Assembly (NCBI GenBank): GCA_008363385.1
Contig: RHKY01000034.1
Coordinates: 14,903-78,902, forward strand
Source of the DNA: Acidobacteriota bacterium
GTDB taxonomy: Bacteria > Acidobacteriota > Thermoanaerobaculia > UBA5066
Length of the DNA stretch: 64,000 nt
Direction: 5' to 3'
Position numbers and translations under genes: made by a program. This document shows, piece after piece, positions 9,876 to 18,805 of the stretch. The notes beneath the pieces are model-generated. The model was not told the origin of the DNA. It saw only the letters and a program-made list of their open reading frames with translations, and ran no database searches. Every line of letters starts with the position of its first letter. Position 1 is the first letter of the stretch.

Positions 9876-10775
9876 TCAGGCGGGGCGAGGGCGGGCGGCG
9901 TCGATGGCGTCGCGCATCGCGGCGACGTGGGCGGGCGTCGTCCCGCAGCAGCCGCCGAGGAGGGTGACGCCCGCCGCGAGGAGGTCCGGGACCCTGGCCG
10001 CCATCCTCCTCGGCGCTTCCGGGTAGACGGTCCGCCCGTCGTGGGAGACGGGGAGCCCCGCGTTCGGGCGCGCCGAGAGCGGGAGCGCCGTCGCCTCGCG
10101 GAAGGCGCGGGCGATCGCGGCCGCCACGGCGCTCCCGGTCCCGCAGTTGGCTCCGAGGACGTCGGCCCCGGCCTCCCCCAGCCGTCGCGCCGCCTTGGCC
10201 ACCGGCACGCCCATCACCGTGAAGAAGCCTCGCGGCGTCTCCTCGAACGTCATCGTCGCCACGACGGGGAGGCCGGGGGCCTTCCTGCGGGCCGCCTCGA
10301 CCGCCAGGCACGCCTCCGCCAGGTCCGACATCGTCTCCACGCAGACGAGGTCGACTCCCGCCGTCGCCAGCGCGTCGGCCTGCCGCTCGAAGGCCGTCCG
10401 GGCGACGTCGAGCGAGAGGTCGCCGAGCGGCGCCAGGAGCTCGCCGAGCGGGCCGACCGACCCCGAGACGAGCGCCCGCCTCCCGACCCCCTCTCGGATC
10501 GCCGCGACCGCCTGCCGGCAGACCTCCGCGCACTTCCCCGAGAGGCCGTGCCGCGAAAGGCGCACCTCCGAGGCCCCGAACGTGTTCGTCGTGATCACCT
10601 CGGCCCCGGCCGCGAAGTAGGCCATCGCGATCTCGGTGAGGAGCCGGGGCCGCGAGAGGCAGACGGTCTCGGGCGGATCGCCGGGGGCGAGCCCCCGCTC
10701 CTGGAGCATCGTCCCCCACGCCCCGTCGCCCAGGACCGGCTCGCCGCGGGAGAGGCGCGAAAGGAGGGGGTCCAC
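9876..10775 (-). CDS. homocysteine-binding (S-methyltransferase, MetH N-terminal-like) domain protein
   Basis: 299 aa: GDGAWGTMLQERGL, ITTNTFGAS, GVDLVCVETMSDL, LGANCGTG, GGCCGTTPAHV. The Cys...Cys-Cys arrangement is the zinc triad of the Pfam S-methyl_trans / MetH Hcy-binding domain. It starts with GTG. Confidence 0.8.
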   Translation of the reverse strand: MDPLLSRLSRGEPVLGDGAWGTMLQERGLAPGDPPETVCLSRPRLLTEIAMAYFAAGAEVITTNTFGASEVRLSRHGLSGKCAEVCRQAVAAIREGVGRRALVSGSVGPLGELLAPLGDLSLDVARTAFERQADALATAGVDLVCVETMSDLAEACLAVEAARRKAPGLPVVATMTFEETPRGFFTVMGVPVAKAARRLGEAGADVLGANCGTGSAVAAAIARAFREATALPLSARPNAGLPVSHDGRTVYPEAPRRMAARVPDLLAAGVTLLGGCCGTTPAHVAAMRDAIDAARPRPA

Positions 10776-10778
10776 GGC

Positions 10779-11456
10779 TCAGGCCCTCCCCGCCTCGGCG
10801 ACGAGGGCGCGGACGCGCTCGACGGCGCTCCGGGCGTCGAAGGCGAAGCCGTCCGCCCCGATCTCGCGCGCGAAGGCCTCCGTCACCGGCGCCCCGCCCA
10901 CGATGACGCGGACGCGGCCCGAGAGCCCCCGCTCGCGGACGAGGCCGATGACGTCGCGCATCCCGGCCATCGTCGTCGTCAGGAGGGCCGACAGGCCGAT
11001 CACCGAGGCCCCGGCCTCCTCGGCCGCCTCGACGAACCGCTCGGCCGGGACGTCCGTGCCGAGGTCCGTCACCTGGAAGCCCGCCCCGCGCAGGAGGATC
11101 CCCACCAGGTTCTTGCCGATGTCGTGGATGTCCCCCTTCACGGTCCCGAGGACGACGCGCCCCGCGCTCGGCGCGCCCCCGGGCCCCAGGAGCGGCTCCA
11201 GGACGTCCATCCCGGCGCGCATCGCGCGCGCGGCCAGGAGGACGTCCGGGAGGAAGACCTCGCGCCGGCCGAACTCCTCGCCGACGACCGACATCCCGGC
11301 GAGGAGCCCGCCCTTCAGGACCTCCGCCGCCGTCGCTCCCTCGGCCAGCGCCCGCCTCGTCCCGACGCGCACCTCGTCCGCCTCTCCCGCGCGCAGGCTC
11401 GCCGCGATCGCCGCGAGCGCAGAGGTCGCCGCGGTCGCTCCTTCCGGCCCGTTCAC
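10779..11456 (-). CDS. cobalamin (B12)-binding corrinoid protein
   Basis: Contains GDIHDIGKNLV (the DxHxxG B12-binding motif) and the Rossmann-like IGLSALLTTTM...VRVIVGGAPVT. The probable start is a GTG at 11456 overlapping the upstream stop (GTGA); the track ORF extends to 11528. Confidence 0.8.
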   Translation of the reverse strand: MNGPEGATAATSALAAIAASLRAGEADEVRVGTRRALAEGATAAEVLKGGLLAGMSVVGEEFGRREVFLPDVLLAARAMRAGMDVLEPLLGPGGAPSAGRVVLGTVKGDIHDIGKNLVGILLRGAGFQVTDLGTDVPAERFVEAAEEAGASVIGLSALLTTTMAGMRDVIGLVRERGLSGRVRVIVGGAPVTEAFAREIGADGFAFDARSAVERVRALVAEAGRA

Positions 11457-12190
11457 GCACCCTCCTCTTCGCTCGAAGGCCTCGCGCGGAGCGAGGCCAT
11501 CCGCGTCAGGCACGTCTTCTCCTCGCACCCGTCGCAGAAGTCGAAGTCGGGCCGGAAGCGGTGCGCCTCGGCCGCAGCCGCCACGAGTACGCCCGAGACC
11601 GACTTCACCGGCTCCATGAGCCCCCCCGCCCCGAGCCGGATCCCCGCCTCGCGCGGGGCCAGGCGCGCGAAGAGCGACCGCTGCCCTTCGAGCCGCCAGC
11701 CGCAGTACCCGGGCGAGTAGGCCAGGACGCGCGTCTCGCCGTCCGCGCGCCCCTGCTCGCGCAGGCGCGACAGGAGCGCCCCGGAAAGCCGCTCGGAGAG
11801 GCGCTCTGCCGCCCCCGCGGCGACGGCGTCGAGGAGGAAGGCTCGGGGGGCGTCCCCCTGGTCGAAGAGGGAGGAGACGCGGGCCCCGACCTCGGGCCCC
11901 AGCGTCGCCGCGAAGAGCGAGAAGGTCCTGGCGCGCGGGACCACCCGGTCGACGGCGGCCTCCTCCCCGTCCCGCCCGCCGTCGGAGAGGACGGCCAGGA
12001 AGTCGTCCCGGCCGACCTCCTCCTCCACGCCGCGGGGCCGCGCCTCGCGCAGGAAGAGCGAGACCGCCTCGGCGAGGAGAGCGTCCACCCGCGGCGACGG
12101 CTCCTGACCGGCCGGGATCCCCGCGGCGACGAGGAGGCGTTCCCTCGACGGGACGATCCCGGACGGGGCGAACGAGTGGACGCGCCTCAC
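11453..12190 (-). CDS. methionine-synthase-type reactivation (Met_synt_B12-like) domain protein
   Basis: 245 aa with VLAYSPGYCGWRLEGQRSLFARL, resembling the MetH activation/AdoMet-binding domain. It is embedded between the MttB-like gene and the corrinoid protein. Confidence 0.6.
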   Translation of the reverse strand: MRRVHSFAPSGIVPSRERLLVAAGIPAGQEPSPRVDALLAEAVSLFLREARPRGVEEEVGRDDFLAVLSDGGRDGEEAAVDRVVPRARTFSLFAATLGPEVGARVSSLFDQGDAPRAFLLDAVAAGAAERLSERLSGALLSRLREQGRADGETRVLAYSPGYCGWRLEGQRSLFARLAPREAGIRLGAGGLMEPVKSVSGVLVAAAAEAHRFRPDFDFCDGCEEKTCLTRMASLRARPSSEEEGA

Positions 12191-13641
12191 GGCCCCCGCT
12201 CCGGCAGCCGGTCGGCCCCCGCGCGGCGCGCCGCGGCCTCCATCAGGAGGACGAGGTCCCGCCGCGCCGCGTCAGCGAGACGACCCGGCTTCCACGCCCC
12301 GACGCGCCTCGCAACCTCGGCGGAGGCCCTCGCCGCAAGCGTCGCCGCGCCGTCCGCCCGCCACCGCTCCTCGCGGTTCCGGTCGAGGACGGGGCCCGGG
12401 AAGGAGATCTCCTTGCGGAGGTTCCTCCGCGTGTGGGAGGCGATGAGCAGGTGCTTCTCGGCGAGGAGCTCCGAGAGGATCGGCAGCGCAGGGAAATCGT
12501 CCCGCGGCTCGACGCCGCGGACGAGGCGGAGCGCCATCCCGCACAGCTCGTCGTCCAGGACGAGCTTCTCCAGGCTGAAGCCGTCGTCCAGGTCGAGGAG
12601 GCCGGGCCCCGAGACGCTGTTGACGCCCGAGAGCGCGGCGAGCAGGGCCCCGGCGGCGCTCTCGAGCCCGGCCTGGGCGTCCAGCTCCTTGGCGTCGGAG
12701 ACCGTCGCGTACCCCTGCGTCGGCAGGCCCAGCGACTTCCCCACCTCGTTCATCCCGCACGTCAGCATCGACGTCTCGATCGCGCCCGTCGGGGCCGTCT
12801 CGCTCCGCACGTCGAAGACCGCGGCCGACGTCCCCCAGAGGAGCGGCGCGCCCGGCGCGGCCAGCTGGTGGAGGACGACTCCCAGGAGCGCCTCGGCCGT
12901 CCCCTGGACGAGGGTGCCGACGAGCGTCACCGGCGAGACGAACCCCGCCATCGGCACCGGGACGATCTCCACCGGCACGCCGGACCGGGCGGCGAGGACG
13001 AGGACGCGCGCGGCCTCCTCCGACCAGGAGAGGGGCGCGGTCGGGCAGCAGGTGAAGACCGCGAACGGCCTCTCGCGCAGCGCGGTGGCGCTCCCCCGGA
13101 CGGCGAGGAGCATCTCGAGCATCGTCGCGAACCCCTCGGCCGAGAAGGACCCGGTCACGACCGGCTTCTCGCAGTGGAGGAGCCCCAGGAAGAGCCGGTA
13201 GGAGTCCGAGACCGTGGCCGGGACGTCCGAGGGGACGAAGGCCGTGCTCTGGGCGTAGAGGTTCGGGAGGGAGGAGACGAGCCTGGCGTACCGGACGTAG
13301 TCGGCGGTGACCGGCGGCCGCAGCGCTCCCCCGTCGAGGAGGCGGGTCGCCGCGGAGCCGGGGGCGAAGCCGACGGAGTCGCCCGCCAGCTCGTGCGCCC
13401 GCTCGCCCGGGACGTCGTAGAGGGCGAACCCGCGCGGGGCCGTCCCGAGGGCCTTCTCGACGAGCGCGCCGGGCAGCCGCGCCCTTCGCGCGCCTGGGTC
13501 CACCTCGGCCCCGTGGTCGGCGAGGAGGGCGAGCGCTGCCGGGTCGTGGACCTCCACGCCGAGCCGCAGGAGCACCTCGCGGGCCTCCGCCACGATCCGC
13601 TCGCGGAGTGTGTCGCCGAGGAGGCGGAGGAGGGGCCGCAC
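12187..13641 (-). CDS. trimethylamine-methyltransferase (MttB) superfamily protein, non-pyrrolysine type; probable quaternary-amine:corrinoid methyltransferase
   Basis: C-terminal ~485 aa of track ORF 12187..14034: LGDTLRERIVAEAREVLLRLGVEVHD...FTCCPTAPLSWSEEA...GTLVQGTAEALLGVVLHQ...SMLTCGMNEVG...GVNSVSGPGLLDLDDGFSLEKLVLDDE matches the MttB/MtgB fold. The start is uncertain: the GTG near 13641 is proposed because the ATG at 13716 collides with the divergent gene. Confidence 0.75.
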   Translation of the reverse strand: MRPLLRLLGDTLRERIVAEAREVLLRLGVEVHDPAALALLADHGAEVDPGARRARLPGALVEKALGTAPRGFALYDVPGERAHELAGDSVGFAPGSAATRLLDGGALRPPVTADYVRYARLVSSLPNLYAQSTAFVPSDVPATVSDSYRLFLGLLHCEKPVVTGSFSAEGFATMLEMLLAVRGSATALRERPFAVFTCCPTAPLSWSEEAARVLVLAARSGVPVEIVPVPMAGFVSPVTLVGTLVQGTAEALLGVVLHQLAAPGAPLLWGTSAAVFDVRSETAPTGAIETSMLTCGMNEVGKSLGLPTQGYATVSDAKELDAQAGLESAAGALLAALSGVNSVSGPGLLDLDDGFSLEKLVLDDELCGMALRLVRGVEPRDDFPALPILSELLAEKHLLIASHTRRNLRKEISFPGPVLDRNREERWRADGAATLAARASAEVARRVGAWKPGRLADAARRDLVLLMEAAARRAGADRLPERGP

Positions 13642-13714
13642 GGTGCGCGCGAGTCTACCGGCCCTCGCCCCCCTTGCGCGGGTCCTGCGACTGCGTCCAC
13701 CATCCGCGCCACCC

Positions 13715-14812
13715 ATGAGCAACGCCCTCCCCCTCCTCGGGACGATCGCCCTGGCGATCGCCGCGCTCCTGACGCTCCTCGTCGCAGCGATGACGAGCCT
13801 CTTCACGATGAAGCTGCCGGGCGGTCCGGACGCGATGGGGATCGTCGTCGTCTTCTTCGTCCAGCTCCTGGCGTGGGTCCTGACGCTGGGCGCCGCCTTC
13901 GCGGCCGTTCGCCGCGGCTCGTTCGACTGGCTGACGCGGAGCGGCGCGCTCGCCGCGCTCCTCGTCCTCGTCGTCGTCGCGGGCCTCGCCGGCCTCGCGG
14001 TGGCCGCCGCCAACGCCTCGCTGAGCCCGGCCACCCCCGCCCGGACGCTCGTCGGCCTGTCGGGGGCCCTCCTCCTCCCGCTTCTTGCTCAGGCGTACCT
14101 CCTCGGCCTCCTCCGCTCCGACGCCGCTTCGGTCGGCGCGAGCCCGTGGACACGCCCCGTGGCGGGCCTCCTCGCGCTCGCCGCGCTCCTGGCCTGCGGG
14201 CTGGGCCTCCTCGAGATGGTCCGCTCCGGGAGGCAGAAGGCCCGCGCGATCGAAGCGGCGCGGCAGCACGAGGACGCCTGGCAGGCCGAGCAGCGCGAGT
14301 GGCGGAAGAGGAAGGACGCCGAGGACGCGGCCGCCCTCGACGCCCTCCCCGACGACGCGCCGCTCGAGACGTTCGTCACGCACCTCTTCATCGACAAGTC
14401 CGACGCGCACCAGGCGCGCGCGCTGGCGCGGATCCGGAAGCTGCCGGGCCTGACGGACCGCCTCGCCGAGTGCCTCTCGGGCCCCGAGCCGCTCCAGCGC
14501 GAGTACTGCGCCAGCGTCATCCGGCGCTCGGAGGACCCCGATCCCGCCTGGGCGCCGATCGTCGGGAAGGCGATCACCCTCCTCGCCGAGGACTACCGCC
14601 GGGACGCCAGGGACCGCGCGCGGGGGAAGATCACGCACGTCACCGGACTGACGAAGGGGATCCTCCTTGCGGCCCAGCGGTTCGACGTCCGCTTCGAGGC
14701 GGAGGCGCGGGACCTGAAGGCCGCGCTGAGGTCCTGGCCCGACCCGGACCAGCGCAAAGAGCCGATCGGCCTCGTCGACCTCTACCTCGCGGGTCAGCGC
14801 ATCTCGAACTGA
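13715..14812 (+). CDS. hypothetical membrane protein (about five N-terminal TM helices plus a C-terminal soluble domain)
   Basis: Starts MSNALPLLGTIALAIAALLTLLVAAM and carries further hydrophobic helices. The charged helical C-terminus has good amino-acid composition (E, K, D, W, Y, F). Confidence 0.55.
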   Translation: MSNALPLLGTIALAIAALLTLLVAAMTSLFTMKLPGGPDAMGIVVVFFVQLLAWVLTLGAAFAAVRRGSFDWLTRSGALAALLVLVVVAGLAGLAVAAANASLSPATPARTLVGLSGALLLPLLAQAYLLGLLRSDAASVGASPWTRPVAGLLALAALLACGLGLLEMVRSGRQKARAIEAARQHEDAWQAEQREWRKRKDAEDAAALDALPDDAPLETFVTHLFIDKSDAHQARALARIRKLPGLTDRLAECLSGPEPLQREYCASVIRRSEDPDPAWAPIVGKAITLLAEDYRRDARDRARGKITHVTGLTKGILLAAQRFDVRFEAEARDLKAALRSWPDPDQRKEPIGLVDLYLAGQRISN

Positions 14813-17800
14813 GGCCGCGGCCGCGGCCGCCGAACGACGACCGGCTCGGGCCAGCCCGGGACGGAGGGCTCCCCGGCCGGGACGGAGTCCAGCAGCGCGG
14901 CCAGCTCCTCCGCCCAAGAAAGGACGTCGGCCGGGCGGTCCTCCGGCCTCTTGGCGAGCGCCCGGCCGAGGAGGGCGTCCACGCCGGTGGGGATCCCCGC
15001 CACCGTGCCTGCGAGAGGGCGGGGCGGGGCCTTCAGGACGACGGCGAAGGTCCGGGCCAGGTCCCCCTCGGGCACGAGCCGCCGGCCCGAGAGGGCCTCG
15101 TGGAGGACGGCCGCCAGCGAGTAGAGGTCGCTCCGCGCGTCCACCGCCTCGCCGCGCACCTGCTCGGGCGACATGTAGGCGGGCGTCCCGACGATCGTCC
15201 CGGTCTGCGTGAGGTGCCCCTCGACCCGGAGCGACTTGGCGACGCCGAAGTCGAGGACCTTCGCCTGGATGCCTCCGTCGCCGGGGACGAGGAAGACGTT
15301 CGCCGGCTTGACGTCGCGGTGGACGACGCCGGCCCGGTGCGCGGCCTCGAGCGCCCCGCCGGCGTGACGCGCGAGGCGAGCGACCTGCGAGGGCGTCCCC
15401 GCCCCGTGCGTGGCCAGCGCGTCGGCGAGGCTCACGCCCGAGAGGTGCTCCATCACGAGGAAGACCGAGCCGTCGCCCAGCTCGCCGGTGTCGAAGACGG
15501 CCACGACGCCGGGGTGGCGGATCTGCGCCACGATCCGCGCCTCGCGCTCGAACCGCAGGAGGGCCCCGGCGTCCCGCAGCCGGTCGGGCCGGACCACCTT
15601 CACGACGACCAGCCGGTCCAGCCGCTCGTCGCGCGCCTCGAAGACCGTCCCCATCCCCCCCTCGCCCAGCCAGCGCAGGAGGCGGTACCGGCCGTCCGGG
15701 CGGAGCGGGAGGAACCGCGACCAGTCGGGCGGGGCCCCGTCCGAGGGGCAGGCCGTCACGCCGTCGTCGAAGACCTCGCCGCAGGACGGGCAGACGGCGG
15801 CCAGCTCCACGCCCTTCCTGTGCAGCTCCTCGCGGTGCGCCAGGCGCGCGGCCTCGGAGGTCACGAGCCGCTCGCGTAGCGCCCGCAGGTCGAGCGCCGT
15901 CCCGAGGTGGCGCGCCAGGCTCGCGATCACCCTCCGCTGCACCTCGCCCCACGAGGGCCCCGGCCCCTCGACGGCGACGACGCCCCGCGGCTCGCCGGTC
16001 ATCCCGAGGACCGGCACGACGAGGCCCGTCTCGCGCGAGAGGACCCCGTCGTCGCGGAGCGCCTCGCGCATCTCCTTCCAGTCGGGGACCCGGAGGCTCG
16101 TCGAGGCGAGGGGGACCAGGACGCCGTCCTCGATCAGCCAGATGCCGATCTCCCGGGCGCCGATCGCGCGGGCCATCTCGCGCGCGACCGACCGGGCCCA
16201 CGCCGCGGGGTCCTCGAGCACCCCGGACGTCGTCGTCGTGAGCTTCTCGATCTGCTCCTGGGCCCGCTGCAGCTCCTCGGACCGCTTCTTCAGCTCGCCG
16301 GCCCTCTCGTCGACGACCCGCTCGAGCTCGCGCTCGCGTCGCTTCAGCCGCCGGATCCGGAGGCGGTGCGCCGCGAGCGCGGCGCCGAGGACGAGGCCGG
16401 CGGCGAGCGAGAGGAACCACCAGGTCTGGTAGAAGAACGGGGCGAGGGAGAGCGAGAGCTCGGCTCCCGTCTCGTTCCAGACCCCGTCGTCGTTGGCCGC
16501 GACGACGCGGAATCGGTACCAGCCGTGCCGGAGGTTCGTGTACGTGGCGGAGCGGGCCGTCCCGGCGTCCACCCAGCTCCGGTCGAACCCCTCCAGGCGG
16601 TGACGGAAGCGGACCCGGGCGGGGACGGCCAGGCTCGTCGCCGTGTAGCGCAGCTCGATCCGCTCCGTCCCCGGGCCGATCCGGACCGTCTCGCCGAGGG
16701 GAACCGTCCGCCCGTCGACGAGGAGCTCCTCGACGAGGACGGGCGGGGGGAGGGGGTTCGTCGGGAGGCGTCCGGGGTCGATGCTCGTGATCCCCTTGAT
16801 CGTCGCCACGAGGAGGCGGCCGTCCCGTGTCCGGATGCCCGCCGGGGAGCCGGCGTTGCACTCGGCGCTCCCCATGCCGTCCGCCTTCCCGAACGCCTCG
16901 CTCGTCACGCGCGGGAGGCGCCTGTCGGCGAAGGCGTCGAGCTCGTCGCGGGCCACGCGGAAGACGCCGTGGTTCGAGCTCATCCAGAGGAAGCCCTTCC
17001 CGTCCTCGAGGACCTGGAAGACGACGTCGTCGTGGAGGCCGTGCGCGCTCGTGATCGCCGCGAGCTTCCCGTCCGAGAGGCGGTTCAGCCCCCCGCCCGA
17101 CGTGCCGACCCAGAGCGTCCCGCGCTCGTCCTCGTGGAGCGAGAAGACGCGCGGGCTCGACAGCCCGTGCGCGGCCCGCCACGTCCGGAACTCCCCGTCC
17201 TTCAGCCGGCCGAGGCCCCCCCCGTCGCTCCCGATCCAGAGGCTCCCGTCGCGCCCGGCGAGGAGCGCCCGGATGCTGCTCCCCGGGAGGCCGTTCTCGG
17301 GCGTGAACGTGGTGAACCGCCCGTCCTTCCAGCGCGAGAGCCCGCTCACGGTCCCGAGCCAGACGGCCCCCTCGCCGTCGCTCACGATCGCCCGGACCCG
17401 GTCGTTGACGAGGCCGTCCGCCGTCGTCAGCCGCCGGAGCCGGCCCTTCTCGAGGACGTTGACGCCGGCCCCGTCGGTCCCGATCCAGACCCGGCCCGCG
17501 CTGTCCTCGTGGAGCGAGAAGACCTGGTCGCTCGCCAGGCCCTCCGCCGTCGTCAGCGTCGTGGCCTTCCCGCCCGAGAAGCGTGTGACGCCCCCGCCGG
17601 TCGTCCCGGCCCAGAGGGAGCCGTCGCGGTCCTCCAGGACCGCCCTCACGACGTCGTTCCCGAGGCCGTCGCGCGTCGAGACGTTCGCGAACTTCCCGTT
17701 CCGGAGCCGCACGAGGCCCCCGCCGGAGGTGCCGATCCAGAGGCTCCCCTCGCGGTCCTCGAAGAGCGAGACGACGAAGTCGTTCGCCAGGCCCTGCCGC

Positions 17801-18756
17801 GCCGTGAACGGCTCGAACCGTCCGTCGCGGAACCTGTGGACCCCGGCGCCGTCCGTCCCGACCCAGAGGCTCCCGTCGCGGTCGAGGAGGAGCGTCCGGA
17901 TCGAGAGGCTGGGCAGCCCCTCCGCGGGGCCGAAGGCGGTGACGCCGTCGTCGCGGACGCGGAAGAGGCCCGCGCCGTCGGTGCCGGCCCAGAGGCTCCC
18001 GTCCGCGTCGACGAGGGTCGGCCGGACGAGGAGAGCCGCCGGGCCGCTCCCGAGGCTACGCGCAACGAGCTTCCCGTCCTCCAGGACCTGCAGCCCGCCC
18101 CCGAAGGTCCCGATCCAGAGCCGCCCGCGCCCGTCCGCCGCCGCCGACCAGACGCGGTTCGACGCCAGTCCCTGCTTCTCCGAGAGCGTCGAGAGGCGGC
18201 CTCCGACGTACCGCCCGAGGCCGCCGCCCCCGGTGGCGATCCAGAGGTCCCCGCTGCGGTCCGCGCCGAGCGAGCGGATCCTCTCGCTCGGGAGCCCCTG
18301 CGCCCTCGTGAAGAGCTCGAACCTCCCGCCCCGCAGCCGGACGAGCCCCCCGCCGAACGTCCCGATCCAGAGGGACCCCGTCCGGTCCACGTGGAGCGCC
18401 ATGACGAAGTTGTTCCTCAGCTCCGGCGTCGTCTTCCGGTCGAAGACCGTGAACCGGACGCCGTCGAACCGGACGAGCCCCTCCTCGGTCCCGAGCCAGA
18501 GGTAGCCGTCGGGCGTCTGGGCGATCGCGTTGACGGTGTTCTGCGGCAGACCGTCGTCCTGCGTGAAGGAGTCGACGACGTACTGCGTCGTCCTCCGGCC
18601 CGGATCCAGGGCCCTCGCTCGCGGGGCGGCCAGGAGCGCCGCGAGGAGGGCCGCCGCGAGGAGTCCGGGGCTCCGGAGCCAGAACCGGCCGCGGCGCGGC
18701 ACGGCAGGACCGCCGCGCGCGGCTCGCGTGCCCGGGACACCCCCGCCTCTCACCAC
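14794..18756 (-). CDS. sensor Ser/Thr protein kinase with an N-terminal periplasmic two-component-regulator propeller (Reg_prop repeats plus Y_Y_Y), TM helix, coiled coil, zinc ribbon and C-terminal kinase domain
   Basis: About 1300 aa. A signal peptide is followed by about 14 repeats of the ...G(T/S)xxGLxRF/Y..G.F..F... type (Reg_prop) and then a Y_Y_Y-like segment (YRFRVVAANDDGVWN). Next come a TM helix (WWFLSLAAGLVLGAALAAHRL), a coiled coil, a zinc ribbon (CPSCGEVFDDGVTACP) and a Hanks kinase (GEGGMGTVFEA, VVKVV, HRDVKPANVF, DFG, GTPAYMSPE). The start may instead be the GTG near 18702. Confidence 0.75.
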   Translation of the reverse strand: MVRGGGVPGTRAARGGPAVPRRGRFWLRSPGLLAAALLAALLAAPRARALDPGRRTTQYVVDSFTQDDGLPQNTVNAIAQTPDGYLWLGTEEGLVRFDGVRFTVFDRKTTPELRNNFVMALHVDRTGSLWIGTFGGGLVRLRGGRFELFTRAQGLPSERIRSLGADRSGDLWIATGGGGLGRYVGGRLSTLSEKQGLASNRVWSAAADGRGRLWIGTFGGGLQVLEDGKLVARSLGSGPAALLVRPTLVDADGSLWAGTDGAGLFRVRDDGVTAFGPAEGLPSLSIRTLLLDRDGSLWVGTDGAGVHRFRDGRFEPFTARQGLANDFVVSLFEDREGSLWIGTSGGGLVRLRNGKFANVSTRDGLGNDVVRAVLEDRDGSLWAGTTGGGVTRFSGGKATTLTTAEGLASDQVFSLHEDSAGRVWIGTDGAGVNVLEKGRLRRLTTADGLVNDRVRAIVSDGEGAVWLGTVSGLSRWKDGRFTTFTPENGLPGSSIRALLAGRDGSLWIGSDGGGLGRLKDGEFRTWRAAHGLSSPRVFSLHEDERGTLWVGTSGGGLNRLSDGKLAAITSAHGLHDDVVFQVLEDGKGFLWMSSNHGVFRVARDELDAFADRRLPRVTSEAFGKADGMGSAECNAGSPAGIRTRDGRLLVATIKGITSIDPGRLPTNPLPPPVLVEELLVDGRTVPLGETVRIGPGTERIELRYTATSLAVPARVRFRHRLEGFDRSWVDAGTARSATYTNLRHGWYRFRVVAANDDGVWNETGAELSLSLAPFFYQTWWFLSLAAGLVLGAALAAHRLRIRRLKRRERELERVVDERAGELKKRSEELQRAQEQIEKLTTTTSGVLEDPAAWARSVAREMARAIGAREIGIWLIEDGVLVPLASTSLRVPDWKEMREALRDDGVLSRETGLVVPVLGMTGEPRGVVAVEGPGPSWGEVQRRVIASLARHLGTALDLRALRERLVTSEAARLAHREELHRKGVELAAVCPSCGEVFDDGVTACPSDGAPPDWSRFLPLRPDGRYRLLRWLGEGGMGTVFEARDERLDRLVVVKVVRPDRLRDAGALLRFEREARIVAQIRHPGVVAVFDTGELGDGSVFLVMEHLSGVSLADALATHGAGTPSQVARLARHAGGALEAAHRAGVVHRDVKPANVFLVPGDGGIQAKVLDFGVAKSLRVEGHLTQTGTIVGTPAYMSPEQVRGEAVDARSDLYSLAAVLHEALSGRRLVPEGDLARTFAVVLKAPPRPLAGTVAGIPTGVDALLGRALAKRPEDRPADVLSWAEELAALLDSVPAGEPSVPGWPEPVVVRRPRPRPQFEMR

Positions 18757-18805
18757 CGCGGCGGATCATAAGCACCGGGCGGCACGGCGGCCCTTCGGCC
18801 GGCTC

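Noticed and set aside
9454-11720. ORFs 9454..11460 (-) and 9927..11720 (+) overlapping the methyltransferase cluster
   Set aside because: Low-complexity R/G/P/D translations. They are alternative frames of the well-supported Hcy-methyltransferase, B12-binding and activation-domain genes.
12433-18771. Very long ORFs 12433..15879 (+), 13655..17182 (-), 15907..18771 (+), 16781..18505 (+)
   Set aside because: Antisense or out of frame relative to the MttB, membrane-protein and sensor-kinase genes, with RPGE-rich artefact composition.
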